The translations under genes and the position numbers were made by a program. The notes beneath the pieces are model-generated. The model did not search any database. It saw nothing but the letters and a program-made list of their open reading frames with translations, and was not told the DNA's origin. Shown here one piece after another: positions 1 to 11,868 of a stretch of 37,914 nt of DNA (its first letter is position 1; each line of letters starts with the position of its first letter). Source of the stretch: Macrostomum lignano (Eukaryota); contig NIVC01004156.1 of the NCBI GenBank assembly GCA_002269645.1, positions 1 through 37,914 of the forward strand, written 5' to 3'.

Positions 1-314
1 TCATCATTGATAATCCTCCACATGACTACACCGCTTCCCCATTGATAATCCTCCCCTTGACTACTCCGCTTCCCCATTGATATTCCTCCCCTTGACTACT
101 CCGCTTCCCCATTGATATTCCTCCCCTTGACTACTCCGCTTCCCCATTGATATTCCTCCATTTGACTACTCCGCTTCCCCATTGATAATCCTCCCTTTGA
201 CGACTCCGCTTCCCCATTGATATTCCTCCCTTTGCAACTCCGCTTCCCATTGATAATCCTCCTTTGACAACTCCGCTTCCCCATTGATAATCCTCCATTT
301 GACTACTCCGCTAC
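1..314. repeat. 35-bp minisatellite, about 9 copies, in a beta-catenin intron
   Basis: Unit CTACTCCGCTTCCCCATTGATATTCCTCCCCTTGA; period 35 (61 to 96). Confidence 0.95.
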
Positions 315-1080
315 CATGAAGAATCTGCCCTCCGCTACTGGTTCTCATGAAGAATCTGCCCCTCAGCTACTGGGTCCTCATAAAGAATCTGCCCCTCAGC
401 TACTGGATCCTCATAAAGAATCTGCCCTCAGCTACTGGGTCTCATAAAGAATCTGCCTTTCCGCTACTGGGTTCTCATAAAGAATCTGCCCCTCCGCTAT
501 TGGATTCTCTTGAAGAATCTGCCCCTCCACTACTGGGTTCTCATGAAGAATCTGCCCCTCCACTACTGGGTTCTCATGAAGAATCTGCCCCTCCACTACT
601 GGGTTCTCATGAAGAATCTGCCCCTCCACTACTGGGTTCTCATGAAGAATCAGCACCTCCGCTACTGGGTTCTCATGAAGAATCTGCCCCTCAGCTACTC
701 CGCTCCCCTCAGCTACTCCGCTCCCATGAAGAATCCGCCCCTCAGCTACTCCGCTCCTCATCAAGAATCCGCCCTCAGCTTATCCGCTCCCATGAAGAAT
801 CCGCCCCTCAGCTACTCCCGCTCCCATGAAGAATCCGCCCCTCAGCTACTCCGCTCCCATGAAGAATCCGCCCCTCAGCTACTCCGCTCCCATGAAGAAT
901 CCGCCCCTCAGCTACTCCGCTCCCATGAAGAATCCGCCCCTCAGCTACTCCGCTCCCATGAAGAATCCGCCCCCTCAGCTACTCCGCTCCCATGAAGAAT
1001 CCGCCCTCAGCTACTAGCTCTCCGCTCCCATGAAGAATCCGCCCCTCAGCTACTCCGCTCCCATGAAAAATCCCTCAGCT
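315..1080. repeat. Two abutting 33-bp minisatellites in a beta-catenin intron
   Basis: CATGAAGAATCTGCCCCTCCACTACTGGGTTCT (about 315-672), then CATGAAGAATCCGCCCCTCAGCTACTCCGCTCC (about 673-1080). Confidence 0.95.
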
Positions 1081-1146
1081 AGGACTAACCGTCCTCTTAG
1101 CCTTCTTAATCACCCGAATTATTGCTCATCCCTACTCGACCCGCAG

Positions 1147-4100
1147 GCCTGCCGCCTGGCATTCGCCACCCAGCTGGACCTGATCGAGTGCCTGCTGGCT
1201 GCGGCCGCTCGCCCGTCCAACGCCGACATGCTACGCACCTGCATTGGCGCCCTGTGTCACATCAGCCGCTCCGAGCAGGGCTGCGTGTGCATCTTCCAGT
1301 GCCGGAGCGGGCCGTGCCGCTGCTGGTCCACCTGCTTGGCCAGGGTGACGATCGCGTGTTGTTCTATTCTATCACCTGTCTGCGCGCCATTCTGCTGTGT
1401 GTTGAAGAGGCCCGAGCCGAACTGCGCGCCTGCGACGGCGTTGTTGTGATAACGCGCCTGTTGCGTCATGGCGACATTCGATTTCTGGCTCTGCTGGTCG
1501 ACTGCCTGCAGCTGGTTGCTTTTGGTAAGTAATTTGGAATGTTAAAACTCAATGAAGGTAGCTGTTGGTAGGTCCGTGGTATAGATAGCGGTGTCCACTG
1601 TTGGTAGGTCCGTGGGATAGATAGCGGTGTCCACTGTTGGTAGGTCCGAGAGGTAGATAGCGGCGTCCACTGTTGGTAGGTCCGAGAGGTAGATAGCGGC
1701 GTCCACTGTTGGTAGGTCCGAGAGGTAGATAGCGGCGTCCACTGTTGGTAGATCCGAGAGGTAGATAGCGGTGTCCACTTTAGCTCCGTGTAGTGTCCTC
1801 TGTAAGTCTTAGGGTTTAAAGATAGTAGTTCCGCATGCCTCCCCTCTGCCTCATCGCCAGGCAACGAGGAGACGAAGCTGTTGATCCTGAAGTCGGGCGG
1901 CACGGTCGAACTAGTTGACATTCTTCGCCGCGCGCAACTATGAGAAGCTTCTGTTTGTGACAGCTCGCCTGCTCAAGGTCCTGTCCGTCTGCTCCAGCAA
2001 CAAGCCCGTCATAGTTGAGTCGGGCGGCATGAACGCTCTTGGCCGGCACCTGCGCTCCGAATCTGGCCGCCTCGTCATCAACGTGCTGTGGACTCTGCGC
2101 AATCTGAGCGACCAGGTAGTCTTTTACTTCATTGTTTATTACGAGGGTATTCGAGTATTTTGTAACGATTTTTAAAGCATTTGAGCTCTCTGACATCTGA
2201 GCGATTTCCCATTAGCCCTCTGACATCTGAGCGATTCCCTATGAGCCCTCTGACATCTGAGCGATTCCCTATGAGCCTCTGACATCTGAGTGATTTCCCA
2301 TTAGCCCTCTGACATCTGAGCGATTTCCCATTAGCCCTCTGACATCTGAGCGATTTCCCATTAGCCCTCTGACACCTGAGCGATTCCCTATGAGCCCTCT
2401 GACATCTGAGTGATTCCCTATGAGCCCTCTGACATCTGAGTGATTCCCTATGATCCCTCTGACATCTGAGCGATTCCCTATGATCCCTCTGACATCTGAG
2501 CGATTCCCTATGAGCCCTCTGACATCTGAGCGATTCCCTATGAGCCCTCTGACATCTGAGCGATTCCCTATGAGCCGTCTGACATCTGAGTGATTCCTAT
2601 GAGCCCTCTGACATCTGAGCGATTCCCTGTTTATTTCGATACAACATGCCTCACCTAAACACTCCGCAGGCCTATCACCTGCGCGACATGGACCAGCTGC
2701 TCCGCGACTTGGTCGACCTGCTCGGCTCCCAGGACATGGACTACGTGATCTGCGCCGCTGGGATTCTCTGCAATTTGACCTGCTGGAATCCGCACAACAA
2801 AGCCGTAGTGACTGGCTCCAATGGCGCCGTGGCGCTCACCCAGACTCTGTGCGCCGCCCAGGACCGAGGTCACTGAGCCCGTTGTGTGCGCCTGCGCCAC
2901 ATCACGCACCAGCACGATCAGGTAATGATCTGGTAAACTGGGGATCTGGGTTAGCTTATTGACTGTCACTTAAGGATCTGTCACAACCGACTGTCATCCA
3001 AAAGTCTGTCACACCCGACTCAACCAAGGATCTGTCACACCCGACTCAACCAAGGGTCTGTCACACCCGACTCAACCAAGGGTCTGTCACACCCGACTCA
3101 ACCAAGGGTCTGTCACACCCGACTCAACCAAGGGTCTGTCACACCCGACTTAACCAAGGGTCTGTCACACCCGACTCAACCAAGGTTCTGTCACACCCGA
3201 CTCAACCAAGGGTCTGTCACACCCGACCCAACCAAGGATCTGTCACACCCGACTCAACCAAGGATCTGTCACACCCGACTCAACCAAAGGTCTGTCACAC
3301 CGACTCAACCAAGGATCTGTCACACCCGACTCAACCAAAGGTCTGTCACACCCGACTCAACCAAGGGTCTGTCACACCCGACTCAACCAAGGGTCTGTCA
3401 ACACCCGACTCAACCAAGGGTCTGTCACACCCGACTCAACCAAGGGTCTGTCACACCCGACTCAACCAAGGGTCTGTCACACCCGACTCAACCAAGGGTC
3501 TGTCACACCCGACTGTCACCCGATCTCGTCCCCCACATCCGCCAGGCCCACGCCGCCGCCGAAGCGGTCCGCTACCACTACGGCGTCACGGTGCTGCTGA
3601 AGCTGCTGACGGAGGTCCAGTCGCGCCGGCCGCTGGTCAAAGCTGCTCTCGCCTCTGCCGCAACCTGGCCCTATTTGACGAGAACTGCGCCCCGCTGCGC
3701 GAGCAGGGCCTTGTTGAAGCCGCCGTAGATGCCCTGCAGCAGCTCAGCGCTCCCGGCTCGCCAGGCGGCAGTCTCATCTCTGGCGACGTGCTTGACGGCG
3801 TTGCCTCCGAGGAGGTGACCGAGGCCGCGCTGGCCTGCCTGCAGGCCCTGTGCCGTGAGCACCTGTCACGTGAGGCCCTGCTAGGCCTACGGCCCCCTGT
3901 GATGCCGCTGCTAGCCCAGGCTCTGCACTCTAACCAGGAGCACATCCAGCGCTGCGTTGCCGGCCTGCTGGCCGAGGTGACCGCCGATCCGCGCGCCGCC
4001 CAGCAACTCGAAGGCGAAGGCGCCGCCGCCCGGCTCACTCAGCTGCTGCACTCGCGCAACGACGCCGTGGCAACCTACGCCGCCGCTATTCTGTACCAGA

Positions 4101-6244
4101 TGGCTGCCGACAAGCCGGCCGACTACAGGGCCAGGCTGCAGTCCGAGCTGGCCCACTCGCTGGCCCGCGACCAGCCCGGCGAGCCGCCCGCCTACACCTG
4201 GAACGACGCTGGCGGCGCTGGCAGCGTGAGCATCAGCCGCCAGTTCGACGCGCACAGCATGGACGGGCCGCGCTCCTACCAGCAGCAGGGTTAGTCGGAA
4301 ATCTTTTATTGAAAATCTTCTATTTCTCCAGAAGTAGTATGTAGAGAATATTGTTGCAGTTTTTTCTTCTGTTTGGCAAGCTAGAAAGATTTATCCTTGG
4401 CCTATTGAGAGAATGCCAAACTGGTGGAAAGAAATGAACCCGGTTTCGCCTCAGTCGGGCAGTTTGGCTTTCAACCATAGACAAAATGGCTCACTCTAAA
4501 TCTACTGTAGAATCTTATGACGCCTTTTCGAATTGTATTTTTGTCTATGGTCGAAACTGTAGCTCGATATAAGGAAATGAAGATCATGTATCAAACCATA
4601 GTGCTACAGCAGTTTGCATGTTTAGTAATTTTATCTACTTAGCCATGTGTTATCATGTTTAGACAATTCACAAGTAAACTACTTTTAGTAGTACGCTTAT
4701 TTACTAATTTTTAGTGCTCTGACTGGATGGCTTTGCTTTATTCGCATATTTATAATTAATGAATACCATAACAGCTACATGACTATGCATATCATACCAC
4801 TTGAATGCTTATTAACAAATCTCCTTTGCTATGACTAATTAACTCATACAGTTAGTTTATTGAAATGAATGAAATTATTTGGCTTCAATATTCAAGGCAA
4901 CGGCCGACAGTCGAGAGGGAGACTGAACCCCTGACTAATGAGTACTGCAGCTGTGCATTTTTGTGCTATTTGCGTATAACTGTATTGTGTTGACTAACAC
5001 GGCTCGCAAACTATGAGTAGTATTTTTAGTTTATTTAATTTTTCACAAATCTTTGTATGTTTCTCTCATTCCAATGTCATCAGCGTTGACTCGTTGAATG
5101 GCTTGAATACGTTTTTTTTATAATGACCTTTGCCGTTAATGACCAACCTCTGATAAGGTCGCGACGCGTTGGTGTGAACAAAAATTGACCATCAAGTTGC
5201 GAAATCCGACTAGCCTAATTTGGCGACAAACCACCCCATTTTCGGTGCATAAGTCATGATAGATTGTAGATCACAGGGCTAGACTGACACAGAACTCTGC
5301 ACCTGTCTTAGTTTCTTATGGTCCTAGCTTAGTGTGTTTCTATCTATTTAAGAAGTTCTGTTCTTTATCTGTATAAATGTATGAATATAAATGTGCTTTG
5401 ATTCTGTAGTACTCAAACCGTTTGTTTCTATTGTTAGATATCTAGCTCTTTGTTTCTAATTATAGAAATCTAGTTTTTCTTTGTTTCTAAAAATAGACAT
5501 CTTGCTCTTTGTTTCTAATTATAGAAATCTAGTTCTTCTTTGTTTCTAAAAATAAAAATCTAGCTCTTTGTTTCTAATTATAGAAATCTAGTTTTTCTTT
5601 GTTTCTAAAAATAGACATCTTGCTCTTTGTTTCTAATTATAGAAATCTGGTTTTTCTTTGTTTCTAAAAATAGACACTCTTGCTCTTTGTTTCTAATTAT
5701 AGAAATCTGGTTTTTCTTTGTTTCTAAAAATAGACATCTTGCTCTTTGTTTCTAATTATAGAAATCTGGTTCTTCTTTGTTTCTAAAAATAGACATCTTG
5801 CTCTTTGTTTATAATTATAGAAATCTGGTTCTTCTTTCTTTCTGCAAATAGAAATCTTGCTCTTTGTTTTAAATTAGTATAAATCTATATAAGTCTTTGT
5901 TTCTATTTAAGAATAATTGGGGTTTTTGTCTTACTTAATAAAAACCAGGCTTGTTTTTTATATAAAAAACTCCACTGTGTGTTGTTTTTTATCGTCAGGT
6001 AATTTCTTAACTTCTTTATTTATCATATCATATTTATCATATATACAAACGCTTTCAGTTGAGCACACTGAGCACACCTATTCTGTCATTAAATGCCCCC
6101 TCCCCATATTCCAAGAAAGTTCATCCTCGTTTTTTAACTTTTGCAGACGGAAATCAGAGCGGTGCCCCATCGCCTCATCACTCCGGCTCCTTGCACAACA
6201 GCCGCTACAATCTGCAGTCGCTCACCGAACAGATGGACGTGTAG
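1147..6244 (+). CDS. CTNNB1: Beta-catenin/armadillo family protein. 5' exons lie outside the window, paralog identity is unresolved, and the reading frame has about 5 indels as assembled.
   Basis: Exons 1147-1524, 1861-2115, 2670-2921, 3546-4289 and 6147-6244 have AG/GT boundaries and matching phases. Translation follows beta-catenin ARM repeats: [127 protein letters not shown]. Frameshifts at about 1303-1313, 1929, 2865-2869, 2890-2893 and 3651. The last exon is the least certain. Confidence 0.9.
1560..1778. repeat. 36-bp intronic minisatellite, about 6 copies
   Basis: Unit GTCCACTGTTGGTAGGTCCGAGAGGTAGATAGCGGC inside intron 1525-1860. Confidence 0.95.
2188..2628. repeat. 30-bp intronic minisatellite, about 15 copies
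   Basis: Unit CTCTGACATCTGAGCGATTCCCTATGAGCC inside intron 2116-2669. Confidence 0.95.
2960..3520. repeat. 26-bp intronic minisatellite, about 20 copies
   Basis: Unit CTGTCACACCCGACTCAACCAAGGGT inside intron 2922-3545. Confidence 0.95.
5420..5880. repeat. AT-rich dimeric minisatellite (28+31 = 59-bp period)
   Basis: Alternating CTAGCTCTTTGTTTCTAATTATAGAAAT and CTAGTTTTTCTTTGTTTCTAAAAATAGACAT in intron 4290-6146. Confidence 0.9.
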
Positions 6245-7156
6245 GGGCTGCCGTCTGCTGAAGCTGAAGTCCCCCAGTTACTCTGTCGGGGAACTTTTTA
6301 AATTACACTTATTAATCGCTTTTTTTCTGGCTGTGCCTGAGGCTTTATAAGCTTTTTTTGTGTGTGATCTTTTTAATAATTGTTTTATTGTTTTTTTTCA
6401 ATAACTGAAACATTCCATCTTTGGCCTGTTGTTACATTTACTTATTAGGATTTTTTACGTTTTTAAATAATTGTGAGTAAACTTTAAAAAACTAAATATT
6501 TATTGCTTCTTATGCTACTGGTATTTCTGCTTTTTAGTAGTATTTTATGTTTATTTAAGCGAAATCATTATAAATTTAGCAGAAAATTGGATATAATTGC
6601 TTGTTATATCATATCCAAAAATCATATCCAATACCACCGCGCTCACTGCTACACAGTTGTAATCGGTTAATTTGCTCTGTTTTTCATCTTCCGGACTGTG
6701 TTTTATCGATTTCTTTATTATCATTGCTTGTTTTTCATTCTATTCAATTTCTGAATTTCTGACCCTACATATACTACTGCTGTGATATGCTATAGCGGTT
6801 TCATATGTTTATCAAAAGCTTATCGCTATGACAAAGCACTGCAAGCTTAAGGAACCAAAAATGTGTGCCCCGACTGCAGCTTTGCTGGTGTCTCACTAAC
6901 TCAAAATAATTTACTAAACTACTTGAGTAAGTAGTAATTGATGAATTGCGCTTGAGTTTCTAATAATTTTTCAGCGTCAAAAACTTGTTTTCTCTATTTA
7001 TTGTCAGAAAAAAATGTAAGACAAATAAACATAACACTAAAACAAATCCTTCTTATTGCAAATGGTGATTTTCTTCTTTGCTATTACTGTAGGTACTTGA
7101 AGCATATTTAAGAGGTTTTGTCAGTTACAAATCTTTTTAGTCACAGACAATTAGAT

Positions 7157-7167
7157 GTCTTTCTGTG

Positions 7168-7199
<32 letters not shown>

Positions 7200-7234
7200 C
7201 TGTTTGTCTGTCTGTCTGTCCTGTCTGTCTGTCC

Positions 7235-7282
<48 letters not shown>

Positions 7283-7305
7283 CTGTCTGTCTGTCTGTCT
7301 GTCTT

Positions 7306-7336
<31 letters not shown>

Positions 7337-7345
7337 GACTGTCTT

Positions 7346-7400
<55 letters not shown>

Positions 7401-7457
7401 TTCTGTCTGTCTGTGTGTCTGTCTGTCTGTCTGACTGTCTTTCTGTCTGACTGTCTT

Positions 7458-7514
<57 letters not shown>
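7157..7514. repeat. (TCTG)n microsatellite
   Basis: Near-pure TGTC/TCTG tract about 115 bp upstream of the paralog 1 start. Confidence 0.97.
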
Positions 7515-7632
7515 AACCGTCTATCCATTAGCAATGCACTGGTAGCATTAGTTTAGCAGAATATTTTCACAATCACTGACTCGACTATTCATGGGCTTCA
7601 GCAGTCATTTATTCATTGCCTCTCCTAAGAGC

Positions 7633-8431
7633 ATGCCGCCGCATTGCTGCTTACTGGCGCTGACGCTGCTTGCGGTGGTCAGCGGCTCCCCTCCGACCGG
7701 CAGCGGCACCTTCTACTGCGACAGCGCCAACCGCTTGAACATCCTGGCCGGTCCGGCCGTGCAGCTGGTGACCCGCAACCAGTCCGCGCATTCCTACCGA
7801 CCCGGCTCGCACTGCGAATTCCGGGTCCGCTCGCTGCCGGGCAGCCTGCTGTTCGTTCGCCTGGACGACTCCAACGGCGGTCTCGATGTCGGAGCCAGCC
7901 TCAGCCTGGCCTCCGGCTCCCGCCAGCTGCTAAACGCGTCGCCGCTGCTGCCAGCTCACGCCACCAGCTTGGTGACACCTGCTGGACAGCTCAGTCTGCG
8001 GCTGTCCGTGTCAGCCAGTGCACTGGCCAAGCCCGGCCTGACCGTCCTGGTCCGATCGTTCCTGCACTGCCCGCCGGCTGGGTGGAGCTGTCCAACGCTT
8101 GCTACGGCACCACTGCTGACGGCGAGCTGCCAGCGCGGCTGTCCTTTGCCAACGCCCAGTTGGCCTGCAACTCTATGCGGTCCAACCTGCTGACGCTGGC
8201 CTACGGCGTGCAGGCCGGGGCTGGCATTGAGAATGTGCGACAGCGGCTGGCCGGCTGGAGCCGCGGCCTGGGCGTCTCCAAGGCCTGGATTGGCTTGACG
8301 GATGCCACCGACTGGGCCGCTTCGCCTACTACTGGCTGGACAAGGGCCGCTTCGGAGAGTGAGTGGTGGCGAGACTGTAGTACAGACAGACACTAAAGCG
8401 GTCAGACAGACCGACAGACAGACAGACAGAC

Positions 8432-8486
<55 letters not shown>

Positions 8487-8563
8487 GTGAGTGGTGGCGA
8501 GACTGTAGTACAGACAGACACTAAAGCGGTCAGACAGACCGACAGACAGACAGACAGACAGAC

Positions 8564-8632
<69 letters not shown>

Positions 8633-8635
8633 TAC

Positions 8636-8682
<47 letters not shown>

Positions 8683-8885
8683 AACAAACACTAAGACCGA
8701 CAGACAGACACTGAAACACTAAGACAGACAGACAGACAGACACTGAAACACACAGACACTAAGACAGACAGACAGACAGACAGACACTGAAACACTAAGA
8801 CACTAAGACAGACAGACAGACAGACACTGAAACACACAGACACTAGGACAGACAGACAGACAGACACTGAAACACTAAGACACTA

Positions 8886-8929
<44 letters not shown>

Positions 8930-9629
8930 GGACTGACCCAAAACACTAAGACACTACTAAGATAGGCGTAGACAGGAAAACATTAAGATCTACCCTACCT
9001 CAAGCGGAAACTAAGGCAGGCAAGCAAAAGATAAGAGCATCTAACAATCCTGTTAGCAAATATTCCAAGAGCGAATTCGCCCCCGCTAACTCAAACAATT
9101 CAGGCACTCAGAAATCGGCTGCTCATCCGGCAGCTCAGCTTATCGGGACTGCCGGGCTTCGGAGCGCTGCGGCCTGATGTCCTGGTCCAGCAGCAGCAGC
9201 AGCCGCCCGCTGCTCATGTCGGCCTGCTCAGCCGCCCGGCCGTTCGTGTGCGCCATGCCGATCGGCGGCACGGACCGGTTCGACCCGTCCCCGACCGGCG
9301 CCCTGCCGAACGCTACCAGCTTCAGCGGCGAGGCCACTCCAACCGTCATGTGGCTGTGGATTGCCGTGCTGTCCGCCTGTCTGGTTGTCGGCCTGCTGAC
9401 CGCCGCCATCTGCCTGGCTGTGCGCTACTGCGCCGGTGTGAAGCCGCCCAATGCTCAGACTCGTCAATTGTATCAGCTGAGAGCAGCTCAGCCCAGGCTG
9501 CAGCCGCCGCCGCCGCCACCTTACACACCAGAGGCGAATAACCAGTCTGCTGCCCTCCCGCCTCTGCACCAGCTGCCGCCGCCGCCTTACACGCCTGGCA
9601 ATTTTACCAGTGCCAGTGCCGATGTTTAG
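7633..9629 (+). CDS. Type I membrane protein: signal peptide, divergent CUB domain, C-type lectin-like domain, TM helix, cytoplasmic tail with two PPxY motifs (paralog 1)
   Basis: Exons 7633-8358 (donor GTGAGT at 8359) and 9104-9629, phase 2. Signal-like [18 protein letters not shown]; CUB-like [23 protein letters not shown]; CTLD C-P-A-G-W...CY...AQLAC...WIGLTD...YYWLD...ERC...RPFVC; [26 protein letters not shown]. Single-base frameshifts at about 8071 and 8313. AATAAA at 9644-9649. Confidence 0.8.
8383..8960. repeat. (CAGA)n microsatellite with AGACACTAAG/CACTGAAA interruptions
   Basis: Fills intron 8359-9103 and is the reverse complement of the 7157-7514 tract. Confidence 0.97.
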
Positions 9630-9643
9630 ATTATTAGAGCTGT

Positions 9644-9649
9644 AATAAA
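9644..9649 (+). terminator. Poly(A) signal of receptor paralog 1
   Basis: AATAAA about 15 nt after the stop at 9629. Confidence 0.6.
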
Positions 9650-9831
9650 ATCTGTGAAATTCTGTACAATTATAATAGCTGTTGCGTCTACTAATATTTA
9701 GCTTATCATTGGGGTCATTTTCAATGCTGGCGTGGTCTTTCGTTCGTTATTTTAGCATTCCAATCATTTTCTCTCTAAGTGAGAAACTTATTCAGTACCT
9801 CATTTACCCTATTTACACTTACTGATGAGAT

Positions 9832-10815
9832 CACCAACTCACCCCAATGTACACTCTCCTGACCTCACTTGCCCCAATGTACACTCTCCTGACCCCACTC
9901 GCCCCAATGTACACTCTCGCCTGACCCCACTTGCCCCAATGTACACTCTCCTGACCCCACTCGCCCCAATGTACACTCTCGCCTGACCCCACTTGCCCCA
10001 ATGTACACTCTCCTGACCCCACTCGCCCCAATGTACACTCTCGCCTGACCCCACTTGCCCCAATGTACACTCTCCTGACCCCACTCGCCCCAATGTACAC
10101 TCTCGCCTGACCCCACTTGCCCCAATGTACACTCTCCTGACCCCACTCGCCCCAATGTACACTCTCCTGACCCCACTCGCCCCAATGTACACTCTCCTGA
10201 CCCCACTCGCCCCAATGTACACTCTCGCCTGACCCCACTTGCCCCAATGTACACTCTCCTGACCCCACTCGCCCCAATGTACACTCTCGCCTGACCCCAC
10301 TTGCCCCAATGTACACTCTCCTGACCCCACTCGCCCCAATGTACACTCTCGCCTGACCCCACTTGCCCCAATGTACACTCTCCTGACGCCACTCGCCCCA
10401 ATGTACACTCTCCTGACCCCACTCGCCCCAATGTACACTCTCCTGACCCCACTCGCCCCAATGTACACTCTCGCCTGACCCCACTTGCCCCAATGTACAC
10501 TCTCCTGACGCCACTCGCCCCAATGTACACTCTCCTGACCCCACTCGCCCCAATGTACACTCCTGACGCCACTCGCCCCAATGTACACTCTCCTGACCCC
10601 ACTCGCCCCAATGTACACTCTCGCCTGACCCCACTTGCCCCAATGTACACTCTCCTGACCCCACTCGCCCCAATGTACAATCGCCTGACCCCACTCGCCC
10701 CAATGTACACTCTTGTCTGACCCCACTCGCCCCAAGTACAATCGCCTGACCCCACTCGCCCCAATGTACACTCGCCTGACCCCCCCTCGCCCCAATGTAC
10801 AGTCTCCCGATCCCA
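9832..10815. repeat. 30/32-bp minisatellite, about 32 copies, intergenic
   Basis: GCCCCAATGTACACTCTCCTGACCCCACTC alternating with GCCCCAATGTACACTCTCGCCTGACCCCACTT. Confidence 0.97.
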
Positions 10816-11133
10816 CCCAACCACTTATCGCAGTTTTTATAGTATTATTATATAATTAAGTGCTACATTGTTTTTTATTTCAGAATCAGTGCTTACTTAT
10901 TATTTATCTGTTTTATTTTCGGTGATCAATTTTAAGAGTGTCGATTTTCGATTTTGTGCCTGTATTCCAATTTTTTAGCTATAAACTTCCACCCGCGCTT
11001 TTTATAACTGTTTATCTCGAAATGAATTCTTTGACGAGCAGAAATGAAATAAAAACTCTGAATTCCCCAAAATGTGTTCCTGTATTCGTCTCTCGACCTG
11101 GCCCTAAAGTTTAGCATAATATACTCGTTTCAG

Positions 11134-11843
11134 CCAAATGTACACTTGGTTCCCACCAGCCTCAACCCCAATGTACACTCGGTTCCCACCAGCCTCAACC
11201 CCAATGTACACTCAGTTCCCACCAGCCTCAACCCCAATGTACACTCGGTTCCCACCAGCCTCAACCCCAATGTACACTCGGTTCCCACCAGCCTCAACCC
11301 CAATGTACACTCGGTTCCCACCAGCCTCAACCCCAATGTACACTCGGTTCCCACCAGCCTCAACCCCAATGTACACTCAGTTCCCACCAGCCTCAACCCC
11401 AATGTACACTCAGTTCCCACCAGCCTCAACCCCAATGTACACTCGGTTCCCACCAGCCTCAACCCCAATGTACACTCGGTTCCCACCAGCCTCAACCCCA
11501 ATGTACACTCGGTTCCCACCAGCCTCAACCCCAATGTACACTCGGTTCCCACCAGCCTCAACCCCAATGTACGCTCAGTTCCCACCAGCCTCAACCCCAA
11601 TGTACACTCAGTTCCCACCAGCCTCAACCCCAATGTACACTCGGTTCCCACCAGCCTCAACCCCAATGTACACTCAGTTCCCACCAGCCTCAACCCCAAT
11701 GTACACTCGGTTCCCACCAGCCTCAACCCCAATGTACACTCAGTTCCCACCAGCCTCAACCCCAATGTACACTCAGTTCCCACCAGCCTCAACCCCAATG
11801 TACACTCGGTTCCCACCAGCCTCAACCCCAATGTACGCTCAGT
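11134..11843. repeat. 33-bp minisatellite, about 21 copies, intergenic
   Basis: Unit CCCCAATGTACACTCGGTTCCCACCAGCCTCAA; ends about 25 bp before ATG 11869. Confidence 0.97.
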
Positions 11844-11868
11844 GCTACAATAATCTAAATAATTGCTT

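Noticed and set aside
96-1080. Repetitive ORFs (MKNLPL..., HEESAP...)
   Set aside because: Translations of intronic minisatellites that are open in several frames and on both strands.
5140-5215. Possible hammerhead ribozyme (CTGATAAG...GAAA, ACCAAC/GTTGGT stem)
   Set aside because: The core deviates from CUGANGA and the three-stem topology could not be built.
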